Positions 47,873-58,044 of a DNA stretch of 64,000 nucleotides are shown piece by piece. Made by a program: the position numbers and the translations under genes. The stretch is from an uncultured delta proteobacterium (GTDB lineage Bacteria > Desulfobacterota > Binatia > Binatales > Binataceae). The stretch lies in the NCBI GenBank assembly GCA_963842085.1, contig CAWJET010000001.1:3040001-3104000 (forward strand). Direction: 5' to 3'. Position 1 is the first letter of the stretch, and every line of letters begins with the position of its first letter. Under the pieces are notes generated by a model. That model was given only the letters and a program-made list of their open reading frames with translations. It was not told where the DNA came from and did not search any database.

Positions 47873-48808
47873 TCAACTACCTGACAGCGTATGGAGGATC
47901 GAGATCATCGCCGGTCCGATGATTACCGCGATCATCGCGGGCAATACGAAGATAACCAGCGGGAACAGAATCTTAATCGATGCCTTCTGTGCGTCTTCCT
48001 CGGCACGCAGCCGGCGACGCGTGCGCAACGCGTCGGAACTGGCTCGCAATGCCGGTGCTATCTGGGCGCCAAGCTGTTCACTCTGAATCAGGGTTGCGGC
48101 GAGCGGCTTGATGTCTTCAATCGTGGTCCGATCGGCCAACCCGCGCAAGGCCTGTCCAAGCGTCGCCCCCGCGGAAATATCGGTTGAAACGAGGTTCAAC
48201 TCGGTGCCGATTTCCTGTCCATGACGATCGCATTCCGCGCCGACGATCCGAATCGCCTCGTACAGTCCGAGGCCCGCTTCGACGCATACCACCAGCAGGT
48301 CGAGCACGTCCGAGAGCTGCCGTGAGATGTTACTCTGGCGTATTCGCGCACGCCGTCCCAGGTAGTAGCTGGGCACGAAAATCCCGATCCCGATACCGCC
48401 TAATCCCAGCAGCAGCGGTGTGGCTGCCGACGGATGAAAGACAGCCCCGACCAACAGACCCAAAACTCCACCCGCGACCGCCAGCAGCACGCGGATGACC
48501 TGATAAGTCTGCGGCGCGCTGGACTTTAGAAATCCTGCCTGTGCCAGAGTCTGCTGCAGCTTCTCGCCGGTCGGGGAGTCCATGTTTGGCGGCGGGACGC
48601 GCTTGGCGGCCCATCGGAAAAGCATGCGCAGCACGTTGTCGTCCTGGAGGTCACCCTCGAGTGCGCCCTGCGAGGCCCGCATCCTGACAGCCAGGTCTGC
48701 GAATCGTTCGTCGACCGCACGGTTCGGCGGCGAAATGGCCAAGTAAAGGGCCACACACGCTGCGCCAGCAAGGAAGAAGACCGCTATGCCAACGATGAAT
48801 GGACTCAT
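47873..48808 (-). CDS. tadC: Tad pilus inner-membrane protein TadC
   Basis: DVLDLLVVCVEAGLGL, LIQSEQLG and AEE.AQKA..KILFPL..F.LP. Confidence 0.92.
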   Translation of the reverse strand: MSPFIVGIAVFFLAGAACVALYLAISPPNRAVDERFADLAVRMRASQGALEGDLQDDNVLRMLFRWAAKRVPPPNMDSPTGEKLQQTLAQAGFLKSSAPQTYQVIRVLLAVAGGVLGLLVGAVFHPSAATPLLLGLGGIGIGIFVPSYYLGRRARIRQSNISRQLSDVLDLLVVCVEAGLGLYEAIRIVGAECDRHGQEIGTELNLVSTDISAGATLGQALRGLADRTTIEDIKPLAATLIQSEQLGAQIAPALRASSDALRTRRRLRAEEDAQKASIKILFPLVIFVLPAMIAVIIGPAMISILHTLSGS

Positions 48809-48809
48809 A

Positions 48810-49757
48810 TTAGTAGTTCACTCGCAGTAGTCGCCTGATGGTGAGAATGGCGAGAGTGTCCGCTCCGATCGCGAATTTCAAAATTTTCTGACCGGTCGGA
48901 TCGTGGAACAATTTATCGGTGTACCCCGGCTGAATGAAGGTGAATATAATCAGCATCAAGATTGGCAGGCAGCCGACAACGAGTCCGCCCATGCGCGATT
49001 GCGCGGTCAGCGCTTTGATCTGCATGCGCAAGCGCTGGCGGGTTCGCACGATTTCTGAAAGCCGCCCGACAATCTGGGCCAGGCTCGATCCCACTTCCGT
49101 TTGCACGCGGACGGCTACGACCAGCAGCCGGAGGTCGTCTTCCGGAATCCGCTTCAGCATATCTTCGAGCGCGCGCGGGAGCGGCAGTCCGATCCGATTC
49201 TGCTCGAGCACGGTGCGGAACTCGCTGCCCAGAGGATCGGCAAACTCGCTGACCAGAACCTGCAGCGCGCGCTGCAGCGAATGTCCCGCTTCGAGCGACG
49301 ATTTGATCAGGTCAAGCGCGAACGGCAACTGAGCGCCAAAGGCCTTCAGGCGTCGCTTCCTGCGAAATTGGATGTAGGCCAGCGGCATGGCCGCCAGCAC
49401 CAGCCCGCTGCCGAACGCAAACCACATGTCGTGGAAGATGAGATTGCCGCCGAACAAACCCGCGCCGAACATCAGCACGATGATCAGCAAGATGTCGACG
49501 ACCCTCATGTACATGCCCGCCTGCCACATCGCCTCTTCGAGGCTGCGCAGCAGGTTCATTTTGTACAGCGCGCTCAGCAGCACTCCCTCCTGGGGGCGGC
49601 GCTTGCGCATCACGTCGATATCGATCTCGTCGGGGGGGCGCGTGAGGCGCCGAGCCACCTCGCGCTGTTGCTCGACTTCGGTGCCGCGAGTGCTGGTAAA
49701 GACCAGCACGCCCACGAAGACGAGCGCGAATATGCCGCTTGCCATCAAAAAATCCAT
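48810..49757 (-). CDS. tadB: Tad pilus inner-membrane protein TadB
   Basis: F..QLP.ALDL..SL.AGHS, DPLGSEF, QTEVG.SL and ALTAQSR. Confidence 0.92.
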   Translation of the reverse strand: MDFLMASGIFALVFVGVLVFTSTRGTEVEQQREVARRLTRPPDEIDIDVMRKRRPQEGVLLSALYKMNLLRSLEEAMWQAGMYMRVVDILLIIVLMFGAGLFGGNLIFHDMWFAFGSGLVLAAMPLAYIQFRRKRRLKAFGAQLPFALDLIKSSLEAGHSLQRALQVLVSEFADPLGSEFRTVLEQNRIGLPLPRALEDMLKRIPEDDLRLLVVAVRVQTEVGSSLAQIVGRLSEIVRTRQRLRMQIKALTAQSRMGGLVVGCLPILMLIIFTFIQPGYTDKLFHDPTGQKILKFAIGADTLAILTIRRLLRVNY

Positions 49758-49762
49758 GGTAT

Positions 49763-51139
49763 TTATCCGACTGTGTTGCGGAAGATTTTGCCGTCGAGTT
49801 TGTAACCCGCAGTCTCGAGCCGCTGCGAGTAGGTTGACCGAATCCCGGTGGCCACAAACTGGCCGAGCACCTCGCCACCCGCTCCGATTCCAGTGCGTTT
49901 GAATTCGAACAAATCCTGCATCATCACCATCTCGCCTTCCATTCCGCTGATCTCTGAGATTTTTAGAATTTTGCGCGAGCCGTCGGAGAGGCGCGCGACG
50001 TGAACGATGATGTTGAGCGCCGCCGCGATTTGCTGGCGCATCGCGCGCTGCGGAACCGACACGCCTGACAGCAGCATCATCATCTCAAGGCGGCCCAAGC
50101 TGTCGCGCGGAGTGTTGGCGTGGATGGTGGCGATCGAGCCGTCATGGCCGGTCGACATCGCCTGCAACATGTCGAACACTTCGCCGCCGCGGACCTCGCC
50201 GACGATGATGCGGTCGGGACGCATACGCAGCGAGTTCCTCACCAGGTCGCGCTGGCTGACTTCGCCCTTGCCTTCCACGTTGGGCGGCCGGGTCTCGAGC
50301 CTCACCACGTGCGGCTGCTGGAGCATCAATTCGGCCGAGTCCTCGATCGTGACGATTCGCTCGTCGGCCGGGATGAACAGCGACATGCAGTTGAGCATCG
50401 TCGTTTTGCCCGAGCCGGTGCCGCCGCAAATCAAGATGTTGAGGCGCGCGCGCACGATGGTGCGCAGGAACTCGACGATTTCGGGCACGAGAGTCTTCTT
50501 CTCGACCAGGTCGTCGATGCTGTAGCGCTTGCGGCCGAATCGGCGAATCGAGAGCGACGGGCCGTCGAGCGCCAGCGGCGGGATGATCGCGTTGATACGC
50601 GAACCGTCGGGCAACCGCGCGTCAACCATCGGCGATGCTTCGTCAACCCGGCGTCCGACCTGCGACACGATTCGATCGATGATCAGCATCAAGTGCTGAT
50701 CGTCCTGGAACTTGACCTCGGTGGCGTGGAGCTTGCCGCGCTTTTCGACGTAAACCTGGTTGTGTCCGTTGACCAGGATGTCGGTGATTTCATCGTCCCA
50801 CAGAAGCGGCTCCAGCGGCCCGAGTCCCAGCAGCTCGTTCTTAATCTCTTCTATGAGGTGAGTCTTGTCGGTGTCGGTGAGCAGCCGTCCCTCGTCGTCA
50901 AGAATGGCGGAGATCGCCTCGGTGACTTTCTGTGCCGCCAGGACCGGCTCGAGACTTTCAAGCCGCGTAACGTCCAGCGTCTCGAACAGACGATTGTGCA
51001 CCGCCAGCTTGAGCTGCTGAAAACCCTCGGCCTGCACGTCCCTGACCGGACGCTTTCCATTGCCGCCACCCATCAGCGAGCGCTGAAACGGGACCGGGGT
51101 TGCGCTGCTCTGCTGCGAAATTCGCTCAACCAGCTTCAT
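49763..51139 (-). CDS. tadA: Tad assembly ATPase TadA/CpaF
   Basis: [44 protein letters not shown] and TGHDGS. Confidence 0.95.
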   Translation of the reverse strand: MKLVERISQQSSATPVPFQRSLMGGGNGKRPVRDVQAEGFQQLKLAVHNRLFETLDVTRLESLEPVLAAQKVTEAISAILDDEGRLLTDTDKTHLIEEIKNELLGLGPLEPLLWDDEITDILVNGHNQVYVEKRGKLHATEVKFQDDQHLMLIIDRIVSQVGRRVDEASPMVDARLPDGSRINAIIPPLALDGPSLSIRRFGRKRYSIDDLVEKKTLVPEIVEFLRTIVRARLNILICGGTGSGKTTMLNCMSLFIPADERIVTIEDSAELMLQQPHVVRLETRPPNVEGKGEVSQRDLVRNSLRMRPDRIIVGEVRGGEVFDMLQAMSTGHDGSIATIHANTPRDSLGRLEMMMLLSGVSVPQRAMRQQIAAALNIIVHVARLSDGSRKILKISEISGMEGEMVMMQDLFEFKRTGIGAGGEVLGQFVATGIRSTYSQRLETAGYKLDGKIFRNTVG

Positions 51140-51149
51140 TTGGGGTACC

Positions 51150-52388
51150 TCAACTGCGCGCGCCGATAACATTCAACAGGCGCGAGACTAATGAATTTTG
51201 GGAATCGCCCTCGGTGGTTTCGTTGCCCACCTCGAGCCGTCGCGCCAGGTCTTCGATGCTCTTGGCCAGCGGCGAGTTCGGCGCCACCTGCCACAAATCC
51301 TGCGCGCTCAATTGCACCCGCTCGAGAACTTTTTCATCGCGCGGAATCCGAGTATGAATCGGCTGCGCCAGCGTGTGGCTCAGCTGATCTTCAGTTATCG
51401 GGTGACCCTGCACGAAACGGCTCAGTATGAAGCTGGGTTCGACCCCCGTCAGTCCCAGCCGTCCCACCAGGTCAACGAATCGCCACGCGCATCTTGCCGC
51501 GCCGATCGACTGGTCGAGTACGTAAAACAAATGATTCGAGCGCTCCCAGGCCGCGACCGTGTTCGCGTCGATGTGCGTACCGCAATCCACGATCACAAAA
51601 TCGAACAGTTGCCGCATCAGGTCTAGAGTCGCACCGACTGTCACGTCGCTGACCAACTCGCTGTCCTCGATCCGCTTGGGCGCCGCAAGCAGGTAGATTC
51701 CCGACGCATGCTTGCTCAGCGACGATTCGAGTTGAATCGAATCGAGCTTTCGCGTTCCCTCGGTCAGCGTCATGATCGTGCGCTCGGGCTCGAGATTCAG
51801 GAACACCGACAGCCCACCGGTCTGTAGGTCGAGATCGACTACTGAAACTCGTTTGTCAAATGCGTAGCGCAGCGCCAGCGCGAGGTTGGCAGCCAGGCTC
51901 GTCACTCCGGTGCCGCCTATCAGGCTCACCAGCGAAACGATCATGCCGCCGCCGACGTGTACTTCTTCGCGCCGGCGACTCTCGCTGATCTTAAGCAGTG
52001 CGCGCGTCGCGTCTCCGGGATCCAGAGGCAGGAACAGAAGCTCATCGGCTCCGGCCCGGAGCACCCGCTTCATCAAGTCCGGCGACCGATCATGCAGCAG
52101 CGCAAAAAGAGCCGGGCGGGGCTCTTGCCCCGCCCGAGCGTTGAGATAACGCAGAGACAGTTCGTCATTACCGTTGAACACCACCATCGCGACGTCGAAC
52201 GAGTCGTCGGTGGCGTCTGTAGTTGCATCCGGATCCGGGTCCGGCTCGAGTTCCTCGATATTCAGCACGGGGTCGCCCAAGGCGGCCAGAGCATCCCTGA
52301 CTTCTGTACGATGCTCGTCACCTTGGCCAACCAGTTGGACACGCAGTCCACCACGCTTTCCGTCATTTTTTTTACCGAGCGATGACAC
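51150..52388 (-). CDS. cpaE: CpaE/TadZ (receiver-like domain plus MinD-like ATPase)
   Basis: [21 protein letters not shown] and FDFVIVDCG. Sits between the secretin and tadA. Confidence 0.88.
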   Translation of the reverse strand: MSSLGKKNDGKRGGLRVQLVGQGDEHRTEVRDALAALGDPVLNIEELEPDPDPDATTDATDDSFDVAMVVFNGNDELSLRYLNARAGQEPRPALFALLHDRSPDLMKRVLRAGADELLFLPLDPGDATRALLKISESRRREEVHVGGGMIVSLVSLIGGTGVTSLAANLALALRYAFDKRVSVVDLDLQTGGLSVFLNLEPERTIMTLTEGTRKLDSIQLESSLSKHASGIYLLAAPKRIEDSELVSDVTVGATLDLMRQLFDFVIVDCGTHIDANTVAAWERSNHLFYVLDQSIGAARCAWRFVDLVGRLGLTGVEPSFILSRFVQGHPITEDQLSHTLAQPIHTRIPRDEKVLERVQLSAQDLWQVAPNSPLAKSIEDLARRLEVGNETTEGDSQNSLVSRLLNVIGARS

Positions 52389-52465
52389 TTCACATTCTCC
52401 CTGGTTCAGCTATGCGGTGTCATATCATGCACTAAATACTCGGCTATGTCTTGTCCTCCGTCCAA

Positions 52466-54367
52466 CTAAAATCTGGGCCGCGTCACATCGGGTTGCGCCA
52501 AACGACGGGTCTCGATCTGTTGAGTAGTCAGCTCAGGCACCGTAGTCGGGTTGTAAACCGCAGCGCCATCGGGCAGCGGCTGCACGATCTGTGGGGTGAC
52601 GCTCATGACCAGGTCGGTTTCAGTGTTTGAATAGTTGGTGGTGCGGAACAATCCGCCGAGATACGGGACGTCGCCCAGGTATGGGACCTTTTGGATCTGC
52701 GTCTTCTTCTCATGCAGGATCAGTCCCGCGATGATCAGCGTCTGATTGTCTTTCATCTGCACCAGGGTCTCCGCGCGCCGAGTCACGAATGCCGGCACGC
52801 TGAAGCCGAACAACTGCACGCCATGGGCATAGTCAGGCTCCGATACTTCGGGCTTCACCAGCAACTCGACATCATTGCGGCCGACAACGGTCGGAACGAA
52901 TTCAACCGAAGTACCGAACTGCTTGAAGACGATCGTGGTATTCAGCGCCTGGGCGATGACGATAGGAATTTCGCCGCCCGACAGGAACTTGGCCTCTTCA
53001 CCGGAATTGGCCAGCAGATGCGGCTGCGCGAGAATCTTCGCGAGCTGGTGGTTCTCGAGATACTGGAAGAATCCCTGGAGCGCGTAATCATTGTTCCCCG
53101 CCGCCAAACCATAAGTCAGTCCCTGCGAAAGGATCAAATCGGTAAGGGCTCCACCCGGTTCCAGCGATTGATTGACTGACGTAACGGTGCCCGAGGGGGT
53201 TGTGATGCTTGACGTGGGGGAAAAGGGCGTCGCTACTGCACCCGGCAAACCGACCAGCGACACTCCGGCATGGCTCAGCGCCGCCGCAAGGTTGGTGCCC
53301 TGGTTCTCGATGGAGCTGCGGTCAAGTTCCGCCACCATCGTGTTGAGCAATACCTGCTGCTTACCGTTGGGATCGATTCGCACCGGACGCTCTTGGTACT
53401 GTCCTTGCTGGTCCCAAACCGCCAGAGTGGTGAAGCCCGGCTTATGGCCTATCAGGTTAACCTGGAACGGATTGATCACCTGGATATCCGCGACCGTAGT
53501 ATCCGCTATCGACACGCGGCGCAGCTTGGTTGCAAAGTCGATAATTTCCGACGATCCCGTCTGCAGCCGCACTACATCCTCGGGCAGATAATGCCGTCCC
53601 CCTGAAACCGCACCCGAGTGCAGTTCGCCGCCGTTTAGACTGACCGACGGATCGACCCGGTACCGCTCGTTCGACAGCGACGCTGAGGCCGTCTGGCTGG
53701 AGGGTGCCGGAGAGGCGTAGGAAGCAGCCGGGATCGAAGGACTGAAATCAAAGCTCGAGTGACTGACAGGAGCCGGCGCGACCGCTGGCGATGCCGCCGC
53801 CGGCGCAGCTGCGGGCGCGGTTGCGCTTGGCGATGCGGCCGCGACCGTTTCCGTCGTGGACGCAAAGGTTCCCGGCGATGAAGATGAAGACGAGGCAGAT
53901 GACGAAGCTACCGGGCCTGCGCCTTTATCTAGCGTCGCGGTTACTGGCGCCGCAGTGCCAGCGGATGCGCCGGTGCCAGTGATTGGTCCCGGGCTGGTGC
54001 CAGGATGATTGATGTCGTTGATGTTAGCGACTGATTTGACCGTGACGTCATACTTGACAGTGCCGCCATCCGCCGTTTTGACCGAGACCGTCCATTCGCC
54101 GGCTTCTGCGCCCAGCAGCACCACCTTGCCCGGCTCATCGTTACGAATCACCAGCGCGTGCGGATTGGTGATCACGTTCACCGCTGGCGTCTCGCCGGGG
54201 CTGACGTTGTTGATTACGTAGCTCTCACCCGCGTTCAGGGCGAGAGACATTTCCGTGCCGTCGCTATCGGCAGCAAACAGCAGGCCGGGCTGGAGCATGA
54301 GCATGCTGATAGCTGCAACTAGCCACGGAAGCAGTCCACATCCTCTTTTCGCTTTCATCTTCTTCAC
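52466..54367 (-). CDS. cpaC: Tad secretin CpaC/RcpA
   Basis: Signal peptide, pilus-N domain, and the secretin domain (AQPHLLANSGEEAKFLSGGEIP, RRAETLV, KVPYLGDVPYLGGLFR). Confidence 0.9.
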   Translation of the reverse strand: MKKMKAKRGCGLLPWLVAAISMLMLQPGLLFAADSDGTEMSLALNAGESYVINNVSPGETPAVNVITNPHALVIRNDEPGKVVLLGAEAGEWTVSVKTADGGTVKYDVTVKSVANINDINHPGTSPGPITGTGASAGTAAPVTATLDKGAGPVASSSASSSSSSPGTFASTTETVAAASPSATAPAAAPAAASPAVAPAPVSHSSFDFSPSIPAASYASPAPSSQTASASLSNERYRVDPSVSLNGGELHSGAVSGGRHYLPEDVVRLQTGSSEIIDFATKLRRVSIADTTVADIQVINPFQVNLIGHKPGFTTLAVWDQQGQYQERPVRIDPNGKQQVLLNTMVAELDRSSIENQGTNLAAALSHAGVSLVGLPGAVATPFSPTSSITTPSGTVTSVNQSLEPGGALTDLILSQGLTYGLAAGNNDYALQGFFQYLENHQLAKILAQPHLLANSGEEAKFLSGGEIPIVIAQALNTTIVFKQFGTSVEFVPTVVGRNDVELLVKPEVSEPDYAHGVQLFGFSVPAFVTRRAETLVQMKDNQTLIIAGLILHEKKTQIQKVPYLGDVPYLGGLFRTTNYSNTETDLVMSVTPQIVQPLPDGAAVYNPTTVPELTTQQIETRRLAQPDVTRPRF

Positions 54368-54388
54368 CTCACCCTCTTCGCGGCTTGC

Positions 54389-55537
54389 TTATGGTATGTC
54401 GATTGTCTTGGGAGTCGGCACGTGATCCGCCGTCCCGTTGGGTATGCCGGCTGCGACGGCCGGAGCAACCCCAGTGTTCACAGGCGCCGAAACGAGGTCG
54501 TGATGTTCTGGCACCAGCGGCGACACGAGGTCGTGATGGTCGGGTTCAGGAGCGCTCGCCACGGTCGTTGAAGCTGGCGCAGCGCCGTCTGCGTCGGCGT
54601 CATTGTCATCTTCCGCTGTTCGTGCCGCAGCCTTGCGCGCATGGCTCGACGACTTGGTCGAATCCTCGAAGTTCGCTGCCGCTTCATTCACGAACGAAAC
54701 TGATTCGGACGACTTGCCGTTGCGAAGAATCTCGATCTCGATCGGCTTGGGCCGGTGCGGTGCCGCTGCCAGATGACGAGGCGCGGGCTGAACGGCCATT
54801 ACCGGAACGTCGGGCGCCAGGCTGTACGCCCGCAGCATCTGGGCAACGTCGCTGCCGCTGGTCAGAACGATTTTGTTATCATTGTAGTTACGCATCGCCA
54901 GTCGCAGCGTTCCGGTGTGACTGGCCAGGGCCAGCCGCTCGGACTCCTGCGGCGTGACCAGCAGCGTGACCACCTTCACGACGGTCGGCTCGTCCTTCTT
55001 TTCCTCGACTTCCTGCGCTACCGCGAGCACTTCGACGTTCTGCAGAATTACCTTCGAGAACGCCTTTTCTCCGCCGCCTTCGCCACCCTGGGTCGCGACC
55101 AGCACGTCCACCCGGGTATGCGGCAGGACGAAGCCCGCGACATCGCTGACCTCGTCCACCGGAACCGACACGGCGCGCATCCCGAATGGAATCAGCAGCG
55201 GCATCACACCCGCCGTCTTGTCCCCGGTGAACAGTTTAGCCTGCACGACCGGCTCGTTGGCCACAAACGAGTTCTTCACGTAGCTGCCGATCACCTGTTT
55301 GGGATCGGTGTAAGCTCCTTCCGGAATACTGTCGGCCGACCAGCGCGCCATCTTTACTTCGCCCGGTTCAATCTTGGTGCCGAGCGGAAGATCGTACGCC
55401 GCGACCACGACCTCTACGTTGTGAGCCATCGCGTTCTGTACTTCGGCTTCCCGCCGCTTCAAGGCGGAGTACACCATTACCGAAGCCAGCATCGCCGCCA
55501 ACCCCGCCAGTAAGACGAATACCATTGGTCGTCTCAT
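54389..55537 (-). CDS. cpaB: Flp pilus assembly protein CpaB/RcpC
   Basis: SAF domain, GMRAVSV.V....VAGFVLP..RVDV, LQNVEVLA and VTLLVTP. Confidence 0.92.
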   Translation of the reverse strand: MRRPMVFVLLAGLAAMLASVMVYSALKRREAEVQNAMAHNVEVVVAAYDLPLGTKIEPGEVKMARWSADSIPEGAYTDPKQVIGSYVKNSFVANEPVVQAKLFTGDKTAGVMPLLIPFGMRAVSVPVDEVSDVAGFVLPHTRVDVLVATQGGEGGGEKAFSKVILQNVEVLAVAQEVEEKKDEPTVVKVVTLLVTPQESERLALASHTGTLRLAMRNYNDNKIVLTSGSDVAQMLRAYSLAPDVPVMAVQPAPRHLAAAPHRPKPIEIEILRNGKSSESVSFVNEAAANFEDSTKSSSHARKAAARTAEDDNDADADGAAPASTTVASAPEPDHHDLVSPLVPEHHDLVSAPVNTGVAPAVAAGIPNGTADHVPTPKTIDIP

Positions 55538-55778
55538 ATCGCCCCTCCCCTCCGGCCGCTTTGTGGCAGACCGGCTATCTTCAAGTGGTTGAGCATACTA
55601 GCATTCCGTAATTCTAAAATGGAGATTCGGTGCTAATCAGGTCGGTGGGAAAATTGACTACTGAATCTGAGCCAGGGACAGTCAAAGGCTTGAAGGAGGC
55701 AGCCGAAACGTTGCGCTTACTGCCAAGTATTGAATCTACCGGCATGATAAGTTTCCCAAAAACTTTGCGGGTTTCTGG

Positions 55779-55949
55779 CTAAAAGAGCCCATTCACGGTA
55801 ATAAGCATTGTATCGACGATATTACTACCCAAAAAGTTATATAGAGCTGCGCATAACACGAATACCGCTCCGAGTACTAGCGCATACTCGGCCATCGTCT
55901 GACCGCGCGAACTCGCTGTCAACCGGTAAACACTCTTCTGTCGGATCAT
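55779..55949 (-). CDS. flp: Flp pilin (divergent copy)
   Basis: RGQTMAEYALVL prepilin motif (G/xxxxEY), 56 aa, GGAGG RBS. Confidence 0.85.
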   Translation of the reverse strand: MIRQKSVYRLTASSRGQTMAEYALVLGAVFVLCAALYNFLGSNIVDTMLITVNGLF

Positions 55950-55989
55950 TGACTTCCCCTCCCAGGGCGGTCGCACGTTCCGGAGTTCC

Positions 55990-56029
55990 ATCTCTTAGCG
56001 GGGGCTGGTTGGAGCTCCCGCTAAGAGAT
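55990..56029. terminator. Long stem-loop between flp copies
   Basis: ATCTCTTAGCGGG...CCCGCTAAGAGAT 13-bp perfect stem. Confidence 0.6.
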
Positions 56030-56137
56030 CACTCCTGACGACCATCAGGCGATCGACAGTCTGCGGTTGCGCGATAGTCTCTGATGTGGGGTGGCGGATG
56101 GGTTAGTCCGCCACCCCCGAGATTTCACCCTTCTCGC

Positions 56138-56308
56138 CTAGAGGCTGGTGTTCACGCTACTCAGCACGCTGCTGACACTCGTGCCCACCGCGTCATAGGC
56201 GACGATGCATACGACCGCGATTGCGGCGAGGATCAACGCGTATTCTGCCATCGTCTGACCGCGCTGATACTCACGCACCTTCACAAACATCCTCGTGATC
56301 TTGTCCAT
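56138..56308 (-). CDS. flp: Flp pilin (not in the ORF track, 56 aa)
   Basis: MDKITRMFVKVREYQRGQTMAEYALILAAIAVVCIVAYDAVGTSVSSVLSSVNTSL. GGAGG RBS. Confidence 0.9.
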   Translation of the reverse strand: MDKITRMFVKVREYQRGQTMAEYALILAAIAVVCIVAYDAVGTSVSSVLSSVNTSL

Positions 56309-56489
56309 AGTCCCGTGTCCTCCTTCAGTCTGCTTTTCGGCCGAAATTGGCCATTGTCCCCGTTAGTAAATTTGACCCATTCTCACTATTGCGCACTCGA
56401 ATGGCACACGTTGAGCCTCGATTGACTGCTCCTGTCGAACAGGCCTTCGCCTCTGGCAACTTACTCTGCCGCAAGCGAGACATATCGTG

Positions 56490-56505
56490 AGCATCTCTCG
56501 TGCCA
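56490..56505 (-). promoter_or_regulatory. Sigma54 promoter of flp (copy 1)
   Basis: Minus strand TGGCACGAGAGATGCT. An upstream palindrome GCAAC-N5-GTTGC is a candidate enhancer. Confidence 0.7.
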
Positions 56506-56755
56506 CTTCGGAGTATTCAGCAATTCCTTCGACTTTTTGATTTTATGCGCGACTACGATAGGCGCAATGATGCAACTGTCGGTTGCGAAGCCGCAACAGA
56601 TAAGCCTCAAAAAAGCGTTTCGCTGGAAATTTAGGATTCGTCAAAAGTATTTTGGCTAAATATGGACTAATTAAAGATCAGGAATTGGTAGTCTACTCGA
56701 AGCTGACAACAAATAGTGTATATAGCGTTCGATGTCAACATGGCCATGATCCAGC

Positions 56756-56872
56756 GGCTAGTCGACAGGCTCGAAGGCGATCTGGTCGCCCGCCTGGGTC
56801 GAACTCTCGTCCGCTGCGCCCGCCGAAAGTTCGCGCTCTTCGCTCTCCAAATACTATCGAGGAGACCCGCCA
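56756..56872 (-). pseudogene. Duplicated 3' fragment of the DUF192 gene
   Basis: Matches 57592-57708 with substitutions and indels, and lacks the 5' part. Confidence 0.75.
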
Positions 56873-56973
56873 TGTGGGATGGCGGGTGGGTTAGTCAGCC
56901 ATCCCCGGAGATTTCACCCTTGTGGGGTGGCGGATGGGTTAGTCCGCCACCCCCGAGATTTCACCCTTCTTGG

Positions 56974-57144
56974 CTAGAGGCTGGTGTTCACGCTACTCAG
57001 CACGCTGCTGACACTCGTGCCCACCGCGTCATAGGCGACGATGCATACGACCGCGATTGCGGCCAGGATCAGCGCGTATTCTGCCATCGTCTGACCGCGC
57101 TGATACTCACGCACCTTCACAAACATCCTCGTGATCTTGTCCAT
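56974..57144 (-). CDS. flp: Flp pilin (same protein as 56138-56308)
   Basis: Same 56-aa prepilin sequence. GGAGG RBS. Confidence 0.9.
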   Translation of the reverse strand: MDKITRMFVKVREYQRGQTMAEYALILAAIAVVCIVAYDAVGTSVSSVLSSVNTSL

Positions 57145-57326
57145 TATTGTCCCGTGTCCTCCTTCAGTCTGTTTTTCGGCCGAAATTGTCCATTCCCCGT
57201 CACTAAATGACCCGTTCTCACTATTGCGCACTCTAATGGCGCAGGTTGAGCCTCGATTGACTGTTCCTGTCGAACAGGGCTTCGCGTGTGGCAACTCTTA
57301 CTCTGCCGCGAGCGAGACATATCGTG

Positions 57327-57342
57327 AGCATCTCTCATGCCA
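57327..57342 (-). promoter_or_regulatory. Sigma54 promoter of flp (copy 2)
   Basis: Minus strand TGGCATGAGAGATGCT. Confidence 0.68.
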
Positions 57343-57591
57343 CTTCGGACTATTCAGCAATTCCTTCGACTTTTTCATTTTACGCGCTACTACGCTAGGC
57401 GCAATGATGCAACTGTCGGTTGCGAGGCCGCAACAGATAGCCTCAAAAAGCGCTTCGCTGGAAATTTAGGATGGTCAAAAGTCTTTTGGCTAAATATAGA
57501 CTAATTAAAGGATAGGAGTTAGCACTCCGCTCGAAGCTGGCGACAATTAGCGTTTATAGCGTTCGATGTCAAGATGGCCGTGCTCCAGCGG

Positions 57592-58011
57592 CTAGTCGAC
57601 AGGCTCGAAGGCGATCTGGTCGCCCACCTGGGTCGAACTCTCGTCCGCTGCGCCGGCCGAAAGTTCGAGCGCTCTTCGCGCTCCAAATACTATCGAGGAG
57701 ACCCGCCACGGCCTGAGGCGCCGATTGATCCTGATGACCGTGTTGCCACGCCCCAGAAAGACGATATCGATCGCAAAGCGCATGAAGAACATGTGCATCC
57801 ACATGAAGGGCATGAGACGCCCGTTTTCGAAAAGCATCCCCCTTCCGGGCTCGAGGCCGTCGCGACCCAGCAGACCGCGGCCCTGGCCGGCCAGACCCCC
57901 GGCGTTCTCGAGCCGTTCGCATAGCACGGTGCCGCGGGATTGATTGATTGCCCGGACTGGCGATTGCCGGGTCGATGTTGTCGGTGCATCAGGTGTTTGG
58001 GACTGTCTCAT
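57592..58011 (-). CDS. DUF192-family protein
   Basis: RGLLGR..L..G.GMLF, MHMFFMRFAIDIVFL, LRPWR and ALEL.AG. Confidence 0.85.
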   Translation of the reverse strand: MRQSQTPDAPTTSTRQSPVRAINQSRGTVLCERLENAGGLAGQGRGLLGRDGLEPGRGMLFENGRLMPFMWMHMFFMRFAIDIVFLGRGNTVIRINRRLRPWRVSSIVFGARRALELSAGAADESSTQVGDQIAFEPVD

Positions 58012-58044
58012 TCAATCATCATGTAATAAACTCGCGTAAGTTTC

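Larger units (their letters stand above)
56085..57708. repeat. Near-identical tandem duplication (56085-56872 and 56921-57708) of the flp gene, its promoter region and the 3' end of the DUF192 gene
   Basis: Both copies start TGTGGGGTGGCGGATGGGTTAGTCCGCCACCCCC and end GGAGACCCGCCA, offset by 836 bp. An extra degenerate copy of the hairpin lies at 56873-56920. Confidence 0.92.

Noticed and set aside
56085-56960. CRISPR-like repeats (three copies of a ~48-bp palindromic sequence)
   Set aside because: Spacing is irregular, there are no cas genes, and the copies are explained as the post-flp hairpin within the tandem duplication.
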